Shown: positions 35,282-45,973 of the stretch, piece after piece
Numbering within the stretch: position 1 is the first letter of the stretch
How the letters are laid out: every line of letters begins with the position of its first letter
NCBI GenBank assembly: GCA_002269645.1
Contig: NIVC01001425.1
Coordinates: forward strand, 52,666-116,665
DNA: 64,000 nucleotides
Direction: 5' to 3'
From: Macrostomum lignano
Lineage: Eukaryota
Made by a program: the position numbers and the translations under genes
Notes under the pieces: model-generated
Databases searched by the model: none
Told to the model about the DNA's origin: nothing
The model's input: only the letters and a program-made list of their open reading frames with translations

Positions 35282-37585
35282 GCGGCCGCAGCGCAGCAGC
35301 AGCAGCGCCAGCAGCACGTGGCGGTGGTTGGCTGCGGGGTGAACGGCCTCTGCACAGCCTGGCAGCTGCTGGAGCGAGGACACCGAGTGACTCTGCTTGA
35401 GCAGTTCCCGGTGCCGCACAGCAGAGGCAGCAGCCACGGGCACAGCCGAATCACCCGCTACGCCTACAAGGAGGCTGAGTATGCGCGACTGATGAGGCGG
35501 GCGTTCCCGCTGTGGAGCCGCCTTGAGAGCCTCAGCGGCCAGCGACTCTTCATCAACTGCGGCATGGCGTCCTTGGGGTCGGGTGCGTATTTGAGAAACA
35601 TCAGCGAGGTGCTGGAGTCGAACTCGATGCCGCTCGAGCGGCTGTCCGGACAGTCGCTGGCGAGTCGGTTTCCTCGGCTTGCGGGATTTCGCGACTGCGT
35701 TCTCGATCCCAGTGCTGGGATTCTGCTGGCTGACAGGTGGGACACGTGGAGGCCAATGCGGAGAAATCTTACCGGGTTTCCTTCATGACCTGTAATGTTC
35801 CGAATGACCTGCGGTGTCCTGAATGACCCGTAATGTCCTGAATGACTTGCGATGTCCTGGATGACCTGTAATGTCCTGAATGACCCGTGGCATTGATCAG
35901 TGACCATGGTGTCAGTGTCATTCTCACCAGTGTCATTCTCACCAGTGTCATTCTCACCAGTGTCATTCTCAAGATAAAGTCGGCTACGGATAATTATCCG
36001 TTTCAATGCTGTACAGAGTATGCTGAATTTCTGGGTGATTGGAAAAGCGGGGTAACCCTTAAGTCTTCATAGCGTTCGCAAATAGGGTTACCGAAATGTT
36101 TGAAACTTTTTCACCTGTCTATGGCCCGATCACTCCAGGTGCTTGCAAGCGCTGCGCTCTCGAGTTGCCCAGCTTGGTGGTCGCCTCCGCGATTGCGTCC
36201 GCGTGACGGCCATCGAGCCGCAGCCCGACGGCTCCGTCCGGCTTCGCCTTTCGGGCAGCGGGACGGCGGCTGCGGCGTCTGCAGAGGAGCTCACGGCGGA
36301 CTCGGTGGTTCTGGCGGCTGGTGCGTGGCGGGCCAGCTGCTGTCGGGCCTCGGCCTGGAGCTCCCGCTGCGGCCCATCGGCGTCACCGCCATGTACTGGC
36401 GACTGCGTCGAGGGGAGGGTGCTGCCGAGACTGGCGATTTTGGGCCGGAAAAATTTCCAACATTTGACTATCAGGATAAAGATTTTCACGTGTACGGACT
36501 GCCGGAGCTCGAGTACCCCGGCATGGTCAAGGCAAGTGTTTGCACTTTTGTTTGGGTACCTTTTTTGGTGGCGCTTTAGTGCTTTTGTACTTTTACGTAG
36601 GTGCAATTTTAGTTAGTGGCACCTTTGATACAATTTTGTTCGGTTGCACTTTTATTTTGTGGTAATTTAGTGCACACGCACTTTAGTTTAGTTGCACATT
36701 GAGGGGTTTTTGTACTTTTGTTTGGATGCACTTCTGTGTGATTTTGTTCTTGTCGACTGATATGGATGAGCAGTAAGGATGCTAAAATTAAACGCAATAT
36801 ACTCAACAGATCTGCATGCACGACGGGCCGGACTTGGACCCGGACATCCGAGAGACCCGGGAGCAGCGGGAGCCATACTACCTGCCAGAGCTGACCGACT
36901 TTGTTAGGCGGTGGTTTCCCCACCTGGTGCCGGAGCCTGCCGTCACTGAGAAGTGTATTTACACGGTGAGTCATTGACCTGGCTGTTGTTAAGGGATGTT
37001 TATACTTTTACTTTTATCAAAAAGGTTTAAAATGTTTATTAATATAATTATAATTTACATTCTATTTACTTACTAACACCAGCTGACGCCAGACCGCGGC
37101 CTCATTGTCGATCGGCACCCGAAGCATCGGAACATCCTGTTTGTCTGCGGCTGCTCTGGTAGGTTCTGAACCGCATCTGAAGGCTGCGTATGGCTGTTCA
37201 GTCCAAGGACTGGGGGTCACCACACACACCCTTAATTACCCCAGCTAATGCTGGCACCCATTTTACAGCTGGGTGAACTGAAGCAAATGCAGAGTTAAGT
37301 GTCTTGCTCAAGGACACAAATTGTTCCAGTGGGATCGGGGAATCGAACCCCCAACCTTTGAGTCCTTAGTCTGATGCTCTAACTACTAGGCTACAGCCCC
37401 CTATAGTACCTACTGTACTAATATCTAAGTTATTTATATTGATTACCGCAGGCCACGGCTTCAAGCTCGGCCCAGTGATTGGCCAGCTGCTGTCCGAGAT
37501 GGCAACCGGCCAGCCACCCAGCGAAGATTTGGCCTTCATGTCGGCCGGCCGATTCAAACACGGTGTGACTTCGGCCAAGCTTTGA
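35282..37585 (+). CDS. PIPOX: PIPOX copy 2; exons 35282-35736, 36139-36531, 36810-36965, 37083-37158, 37452-37585; 1-bp frameshift at ~36327 (pseudogene or assembly error)
   Basis: Exon sizes match copy 1 except exon 2 (393 vs 394 nt: gcgtggcggg vs gcgtgggcggg). Same GC donor and -AKL end. Confidence 0.85.
37182..37400 (-). mobile_element. tRNA-derived SINE with a CORE/Meta/V-type central domain in PIPOX-2 intron 4
   Basis: The - strand reads ggggctgtagcctagtagttagagc (A box), gggttcgattccc (B box), then gtgtccttgagcaagacacttaac...cccagctgtaaaatgggtgcc, resembling conserved SINE cores as I recall them. Confidence 0.75.
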
Positions 37586-38374
37586 GCTGCAAGTGTCCGA
37601 AACGATTTTGTTTAGAGTTTTAATTTGCACATCATTGTCTTGAATAGCTCCTTTTTTGTCTACTATAGTTTCGACAGGCTTACCGATATTTCTTTTTCTG
37701 ACGTTTCCCCTCCGGAATTCCCCTCCGGAATTCCCCCCCGGAATTTCCGCTCTAGCGTTTCCCCTCCTTAATTTCCCGCTAGTGTTCCCCTTTTTCTTGG
37801 TCTTTGTTCTTTACAGGCAGAGGTGAAATGTCCGGTAGCTTTTTAACGATCTGTTTTTATCTGTCAGTGCCAATATTTTAACCGATAAACCAGGACTTTT
37901 TCTCTAATTTCCTGAATTCATTTTATTAAATAATTTTAGCCATTTCCATTTAAATTTTTCATTAGCTCGTATTTTGATTTTAAATATACACGTACGCACG
38001 TACTGGATTTCTATTAGTGCCTATTATGGCGCTTGGATGCATAAGCGACTTAAAGTTGTTCGTGTCATATTTGTTTACTTTTTGAAGGTTGCGCAGGTGT
38101 TAGGCTGCGAAGCGGTTAGAGGCTGTGTTGAAAATTCGTTTCTTAATATCGCTTACATCTCGCTGTGGGGGGGGGCTATGGCGCGTTAAAAACGATTCTT
38201 GCCTATCAACTGTTCGGGGCAGTGCGTAATTCTGCTAAGCAGTATTCGCGTTGGAAAAACGATTAATCTCTCCTCTGCTTGGTCTAAGAGGCTCGGACCG
38301 GCTAATACTCTGGTACATTATTCTGTAGTTTAGTATCCAATATCCAACAGATTTGCTTTCAAGCTGAGATTCAG

Positions 38375-40383
38375 ATGGCTACGAGTAGTCCGGATTCAAT
38401 CAGCCACGTGGCAGACGGTTTGTCAGAGACAGCTACAGCAAAGTCTTCGAACATTTCCGACAGCAAAGCATCGCCGTCCGCTTCTTCTGTCGGCAACAAG
38501 AAGAAACCTCAAAGCTCGGCTAATGCCAAGTTGGATCGAATTGAAGCTGGAATTAATCAGATTATTCACCAACTGGCTGGAAAAGCAGCGTCGTAAGTGC
38601 TGTTTGTCGGTCACTTTCCATTTGGCCAAGTGAAAAACTCCCGTTACTTTCTCTGTCTAGCCACAGATACACTAACTAGAATAACTAAATGGCCCACTCA
38701 GCACATTTGCGTGTAAGCTACTTTCAGTTCAGTAGTAAGTTAAACTGAAGCATTTTAATGTATTTTTAAAGCCAATGCTCATTTATTGACTCCTCCCCCC
38801 AGCTTAAACCCTCCCCCGCCATAGGGGGCCGTAGCCCAGCGGTAGCGCAGCTGCTCTGGTGTGCCAGCGACCCAGGCTCGATTCCAAGTGCAGCCACATT
38901 AATTTGGGGCTGAATTGGAATTTCGGCTTGGCTCGCCTGTGCAATTAACGGCCTTGAGAGCCAACCCCCCAAGGCGCAGTGAAATGTACATGCCTAACAA
39001 TTGATAAAGTTAGGGCCGCTGTACACTCCTGTGTGAGTGTGTGTCTGCGTAACGTATCCGCGCGCTTGTATGCCTGCTCAGGGGAGTCGGCGGAATGGGC
39101 AGTAATGCCTCTCGCCGGTTGTGTGCCTATGTCGCCTAAAGTGCGCCAGGGTGCACACAACCCCCTGCCTCTAATAAAATAAAAAAACCCTGCCCCTCCC
39201 CACCCCAATTTTTATTGCCTTTCTCGGAATTCCAGCCTAAAGCTGCCATGTACATTTCATTGAACTGGCCAATCTACATTATTGGTGAACCAATTAGCAA
39301 GTTGTTTACGCCTGCAAGCTTGGGCTTCTAAACTTATCAAAGTCATTTCAGCTGCCTTTATTTTATAAAATCGCTTTTGTATTCTTCTTTGCTACTGAAC
39401 TGAAAGTAGAAAGCTGTTTTGCTAAGTTATGCCAGTTCAGAGTGGCCTATCTAGTTATTTTAGTATCCGTGACGGCACAGAGTTCAGCAACGTGGGAAAG
39501 TATCACCAACCAGTAGCTGGGTCACCAATAGCACTGTTCAATCTTTGTGCCGCTGGACAGCTGAATAAATGTACATCGGGGCTAGCCACGAGATTGCATC
39601 AGCTTAATGAATAATGACCGGGCTCTAAAAAGATCACTTACTGCTGGCAAACTATGAGCATAAGAATAGCAAAAAACTGTGATCGCAAAACTTACCCCTC
39701 TTAGATCCATCGATGCAAAGGCAGGCCCACAGGCCGAAAGCCCCGACACTTCAACTAACTGGAGGCGCCTGGCGGAGGAGCTGCAGGAGACGATCGATTC
39801 CCTGGCAGCTCGTCTTGAGACCCAGGCGGCCCAGCTAGAGTCTGTCCAAGAAGAAGCGCAGCGCCAGCGAGAGACGGCCGAGGCGGAGAATCGCGACCTG
39901 CGGCGTCGGCTGCTCAGCTTTCGACGCCAACTGGACGCGAGCCAGACGGCGCGTGCGCGTCTCAGCGCCGATTTGTCAAAAGTGCAAGCTGAATTGGCCG
40001 AGCTGAAACAATCTGCAGCAGGTGCTGGGGCAGCTGGAAACAGCGACATGGAGGAGACTGTTGAGGCTCTGACCGCCCAGTTGGATCGCAGCAACGAACA
40101 GCTGGAACAAGTTCTGTTGACCCGTTCGTGCAGCTGCGATCAGCGCCTGCACGACTGCTGCCGTCGGGAGGGCGGGCTGGACTCTCAGTTCCGGTCGAAG
40201 CGGAGCTACGAAACTGTCCGAACAAGCGGCGGTCGCTATGGCGGCAGCGAGGACGGCACAGCCCACGGGCCGCAACAAGCAGCACAGGCTTCAGCCGCAG
40301 CTGATCGCAAGTCGAAAATTCGGTCTCCAAACAAGTCCTCGACAAAACGTGACGTAAAATCGAAGGAAGGCAAACAGAAGTGA
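38375..40383 (+). CDS. Uncharacterised coiled-coil protein, exons 38375-38592 and 39705-40383 (~298 aa)
   Basis: A phase-2 tc|gtaagt...ctcttag intron joins the ORFs; long E/Q/L/R heptad region. Confidence 0.75.
38824..39187 (+). mobile_element. Full-length tRNA-derived SINE in an intron
   Basis: gggggccgtagcccagcggtagcgc (A box), ggctcgattcc (B box), a body shared with three other copies and an A-rich tail (taataaaataaaaaaaa). Confidence 0.8.
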
Positions 40384-40915
40384 AAAAATGAGACCTCAAT
40401 TGCAATATCTTGAAGGTCGTTTGATAATAAATATAATGCTAATCAAACGAGTCAATACTTGAACTACTAGCGAAACTTTGCTTCATATTCAAACATGCAG
40501 TATATTTTTTGTATTACAAAGTTATAGCATGACTGTAAGTTTCTAAATGATAACCCATACACAATGGCACAGTCTGGGTGCAAAAATCCGCGCACTAAAT
40601 ATTTTCCCAACCAGTAATTCAGTATTCTCAGCTGCTGAGCTTCCTCTGTCAGCAGCCTGTTTTTTCACGAAAACTGGATTCAACAGGGAGGATCTGCATC
40701 AGCTGACGCGGCAGTCTCAACTGGCCTCAACAATTTCGCAGTAAACTGACCGATGATTGTGTCGCAAATAAATAATTGTTTCCATGCCGCATCCAGCTAA
40801 ACAGGGTTGGTTGCAGGCATCCCGGAAACTTTCCCAAGCTTATCAAGCAGAGTCTGGAATTGCCAACATCCTGCAATTAGCGGCCGGATAAATAAGGCCA
40901 GTCATCAAATTGAGT

Positions 40916-43900
40916 ATGCTCAGCGAAACTCAGCGAAGCGCTGCGAATAGTATTCCCAAGCTAAGATCCTATCGAGCGAAGCATTCGTCGTTCAACATCG
41001 AAATGGCTCGTCATCACAGCGGTGGCAACCCAGCCATTTCAGTAGCAGAGCCGGCAACCACAACAGCCGGTACAGAAGGCAGCACCAGCAACTGGGAGAG
41101 CCGTCTTGGCTCTGCCTTGTCTCGCACCAAGGAGCGCTTCTTTAAGATTTCTCCGTTCGGCGACCGTCTGACAGCGGCACTGGCTGCTGGCAATCTTTCC
41201 GAAGTTAAGGCTATACTTTGCGAGAACCCCGAGCTGCTCAATGAAGAGCTGGCGAACAACTTGCGACCGCTGGCTTTCGCCTACAAGCTGCGCAACAAGG
41301 CTCTGTTCAGCTTGCTTCTCCAACGCGGCGCCAGCCTCAGCTGTCTGTTCTACAATGACGGCGTGCCGCTGATCAGCGCTGTGTACACCGACGGTGAATC
41401 CTGGTACCAAGAAGCTCTGATGGCGCGGTCGTGCGCTTTGGATTTGCAAGATACAAACACTGGCAACACTGTCGTCCATCTAAGTGTAGAGCGCCACGAT
41501 TCAGACTTTTTCAAGATTCTAGCAAAGCGAGGCGCAAAGTTAAACTTGCGGAATAAGCGCGGCCTGGTTCCGCTGCATCTGGCGCTTAACAACGAGGATA
41601 TCCGGCTAGTGGTGAACTTGCTGGAATCGGGCGTAGATCCAAACATACCCTATCCAAATGGTGACTACTGCTTGCACCGCTGCTGTTCCATCAAGGACAC
41701 AAAATTTCTCACCATCTTTCTGTACTACCGAGCCCGGCCAGACGCTCGTGACAGGCTCGGCTGCTTGCCGCTGCACCGCGCCGCTATGGAGGAGCGCCGG
41801 GAGCTCATCGACTGCCTTCTGCAGTTCACAAATGCCAACGCATCCGATCCGAATGGTCGGACCTGTCTGCACATCCTGGCTATCAATGGAAACATGGAGC
41901 TGCTTACCTACATGGTCGACCGCGGCGCCAGGTTGGAGCTCTGCGACAAATCCGGTGTGACACCAATCGACCTTCTGTTGCTCAACAACAACCAGCAATT
42001 GGTGCGGGAACTGTGTCTCTATTTTGCTAAACAGGTTTCATCGGACTCCCGACCTATCGCTCTGCTCATTCCCAAGTATCACGAGCTGCTGCTGGTTCTT
42101 AAAACAATTAGCCGGTCTAACAGCCTGTGCAAGAGAAGTGAACTGGCCTGGGACTGTATGACAGGCTGCGGAGGTCAGCAGCTGCAGCCGGAACAGCTCG
42201 ACGACGAAGCAGAAGCTGCAGTTCTACGTGCCCTTCTGACCGCTGTCAATTTGGATACGGACGATCTCAGACAGTGCTTGCTACGGTTCCATCGGCGCCT
42301 TCACAACCGCTCAGATGAGGCCGGCTTGCAACAGCTAACAGGCGCTGTGGTGAAGTTCGGTCTTTACCGCGACGATCTCGGCATTGTTAATTGCGTCACT
42401 GAGTGCGGCAGCATCTGGCAGAGGATGCTGGCGCTTATCGAAGAAAACATTGCAGAGCTGTACATCCAGTGTCCAACTCGATGCTCTACAACTTTCATAC
42501 CATTCATCAAGGAGCAGTTTGTCTACGATGGGCAAGTAATGTTCGACAAAATGAACAATTGGTTGCGCGAGTTAACTATGGTGAATCTAGCGCATGGAAG
42601 CAAGGACAAATATCAGCTGCTGAAGGATCCGCTGCGCTCGCTTGTCGTTTGGTCCATTCTGATGGAGAAGTTTCAGCTTACAGAGCTGCTACTCCGCATG
42701 GAAACAACGGATATCATTCCACTGGGACTGTTTGCGGTAGTCCTCTTGCGTGGATTGTTGAAAAACACGCGTCTTAACGTGACACAGGAGCAACCGTTCC
42801 TGCAGTGCGCCAGCCGGTGTGAAAGCGTCGTAATTGATGCTCTGACCGTCAGCAGCAACATGGACACGTCGCCAAGGAGTGCCGTAACGCTGCGCTTCAT
42901 CCGCGAAGGTCTTCCTAGGTATGGTGGCTTTTCTTGCATTGATCTGGCGGCCATCGGTGAGTCAGAGCGCTTTATGCAGCTTCCTGTTTGTCAGACGGCC
43001 CTGGACCTCGACTGGTACCTTTCAACCTACCAGTTTCGTCGATCCAAGAAACTTCTGTTGTTCTTTGCTGGCATGACGCCATTTTTTATTACGCTGCCAT
43101 TTTTCTTCAACTATACTCGAAATATTCGAAAACGCAGTCTCGGCAACAAATCTTATAGCATAAGGACTTTTGAGTCCGGTTTTAAGCGTACCGGCAAAAC
43201 ATCCATATTTCGCGGTCGAAACGCTGATGCTGCTGCTGCCGCCACTGGAGGTGCGGCCTCTAGCGGAGTCGGGGCAGCTTCTGTCAGCAGCGATGGTATC
43301 GGCTCAAAGACTGTCGACCATCATCCCGATGACAATGCTTGTAACAATGATCTCGCAACTCTAATCATTCCCAACAAGGTGCGGAATCCTTGTTTGTATT
43401 ATTTTTCTTTGATCCGAGACTTCTACGGAATACCATCGACAAAGTTCTGGTATCACACAGTCTTCAACGTTGCCTTCCTACTTCTTCTTAGTCGCATCGT
43501 TCTGTTCGACGTTGAGGAACGCTGCTCGTTGTGGGAGTACGTTCTGTACATCTTTCTTTTCGGCTACTTCCTGGAAGAGGTTCGCGAATTTCTGATCAGC
43601 CTGCGCAGCAAAAGTCTTCATCACTACTTCACCAGTAAGTGGAATATGCTGGATATGGCGTCACTGGGCTCGGCAACAGTTGGACTGGTCATCAGATGGG
43701 TGACCCACCTTTATTGCTGCTTCGGCTATTCATCAGCAGACTCAGACCATCATCATCAGCACAATCTGTGCAGCTGCTCCGCAACTCAAGTTACCCAGAT
43801 GGTGCACACAAACTTGTACTACACGCGAATCATGTACTGTGTTGCTCTGCTGGCTTTCTATATGCGGATGCTGTACGTGCTGTCTGTTTTGGAGAGCCTC

Positions 43901-44976
43901 GGACCGCAGCTGAAAATGATATCTAAAATGGTGCTGCAAGATCTGATTCCTTTCCTGTCCATTGTACTGGTGTTTATGGCGGGTTTCGGCGTCACGTTTC
44001 AAGCCCTGCTGTATCCACCCTTCTCCAGCAACGGGACTGACGCGTCGCACCAGTCCGCTAGTTCGATGGATGTAAGTAAAAAAGATCTAGGCTTTGTTAA
44101 ATTCGTACTTCAAAAACAATAAAATATAATAACGATGTTTGTCTACTCAACTTGCAGGTTATGGAGAACATGCTTCGGTTCACATTCTACACCATGCTGG
44201 GCGAGTACTCCAATGAGAACATAATGGGCAAAAATCATTGCGGTAAAGAGAACTGCCCGGCTCCGCACAAAATTGGAAAGGTTGTAGTGCCGGACTTCTT
44301 TCTCATCGTGTACATCATCATCACCAATGTGCTGCTGCTGAACCTGTTAATCGCCCTGTTTAGCAAGACAGTGGACGAAATCCACAATAAATCCCGCGCC
44401 CTCTGGCAGTTCGAGCGCTACGACCTGGTGGCCGAGTTCAAGGCTCGCTCTCCGTTTCCTCCCCCATTGAATGTGCTGGACATTCCTCTGCTGCTCTGCA
44501 AGACAATCTTCAACAGTTGCAATCGTTGCCTGGTTCAGCGCGTTCAGCCGCGCTCTAGTCCAAAGAACTGCTTGTACTTTTTTATTTACCAAATCTTCGC
44601 GCTCAAGGGTCGTCAGGCAGAGCTCGGTCGAGGCGGCAGCGGCGATCGGGCCGGTGCAGTCAATGCGACAGCATTCGGCGACGTGCTCGAAGCCCTAAGC
44701 GAGTTGCGCCAGCGGCTGGACCGCATCGAGGCTCACCTGTGCAGCGGGCACGCCGACTCAGCAGCCGTCTCGGCCTCCGCTGCAGTCACCGCCGCCGCCG
44801 CCGCCACTGCCGCTGTCTCGTCGTCGCTAGCAAAACCGACGGCATGGTCGACGGGCGATTCGCTGAAAACGTCGGAGACGGAGTCCAGACAAAGTCGCCA
44901 GGCCGCTGCGTCGACAATGGATAAAATTGTGGGAAGGTGCAAATCCGCTGTGTTGCACGTCTCAGATGAGGCGTGA
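40916..44976 (+). CDS. TRPM-type cation channel with N-terminal ankyrin repeats; exons 40916-44071 and 44158-44976 (~1324 aa)
   Basis: About 8-9 ankyrin repeats (GNTVVHLS, GLVPLHLA, GCLPLHRA, GRTCLHIL), MHR4-like LVVWSILM...SCIDLA...CQTALDLDW, FYGIPSTKFW, six TM helices, pore FGVTFQALLYP and TRP domain LWQFERY...PFPPPLNVL. Phase-0 gat|gtaagt intron. Confidence 0.88.
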
Positions 44977-45386
44977 GCACGCCAGAGTCTGATTCGATGC
45001 TTCGCTTAAATAACAAACAAGAGAATATTGCTGAGCCTATCTGGAACTCAACCCATCTCAGAGCGTATTAATCGAAGTAGTTCCTGGTTCGCAATGAGTG
45101 CACCAATAACACCGATAAATATTAAACTCATCGACTTCTCAGTTTTTTTCGCTATGTTTTTGCTGCTGATGCCATTTTAACTCGAAAAAGCGATATTTCA
45201 GAAGTTTTGTTTGGTTTCTCTGCAAGAAAAGACGCACAATAGAATTAAACACCTTTAGTATGCCAGACACAAAAATCTATAATTTATTCAGCAATAAAAT
45301 TTATTCACCAGGTAACTTACCTGCTTTTATCGTTATTGATACAGGTAATGCATTATTACATTAATAAATTGTCAGTAACTACCCAA

Positions 45387-45720
45387 TTTTTCATTAGAGG
45401 CAGGGGCTTTAAGCGACTTTAAGCGACATAGGCACACAACCGGCGAGAGGCATTACTGCCCATTCCGCCGACTCCCCTGAGCAGGCACACAAGCGCGCGG
45501 ATACGTACGCAGGCACACACTCACACAGGAGTGTACAGGGGCCCTAACTTTATTTAACCTCAGGTATGTACACTTCACTGTGCCTTGGAGGTTGGCCTTC
45601 AAGGGCGTTAATTGCGCGAGCAGAGCCAAGCCGAGATTCCAATTTAGCTCCAAATTAATGCAACTGCACTTGGATTCGAGCCTGGGACTCTGGCGAATCA
45701 GAGCATGCTCCTACCTACGA
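45387..45720 (-). mobile_element. tRNA-derived SINE copy (38824 family), inverted
   Basis: The reverse complement matches the body and 3' end (cccctgcctctaat) of 38824-39187. Confidence 0.8.
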
Positions 45721-45973
45721 TTCAAAAAGAGCAAAAAGTTACCAAATAAGTCATCGCCAGTCCACGCATGCCAGTCGCTATTCGTCTGTGGCCCAAACTG
45801 AGGACTTTAGACGAGACACCCTCCGCACTGAGGAACCGCCCATCCGCATCCCCTATAGAGACTTCCTTCCCCAGCTTCCCAGCATGCGCCACATCCGGCC
45901 GGCAATCCCCGACTGATGGCCAGAGGCTCCCAGCGCTGAGGGAGGCGAGGGCGGCCGCCGGCCCCGCAGCGGC

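Noticed and set aside
38824-38895. tRNA gene
   Set aside because: A and B boxes are present, but the sequence runs into a repeated body and A-rich tail and the cloverleaf is poor; it is a SINE head.
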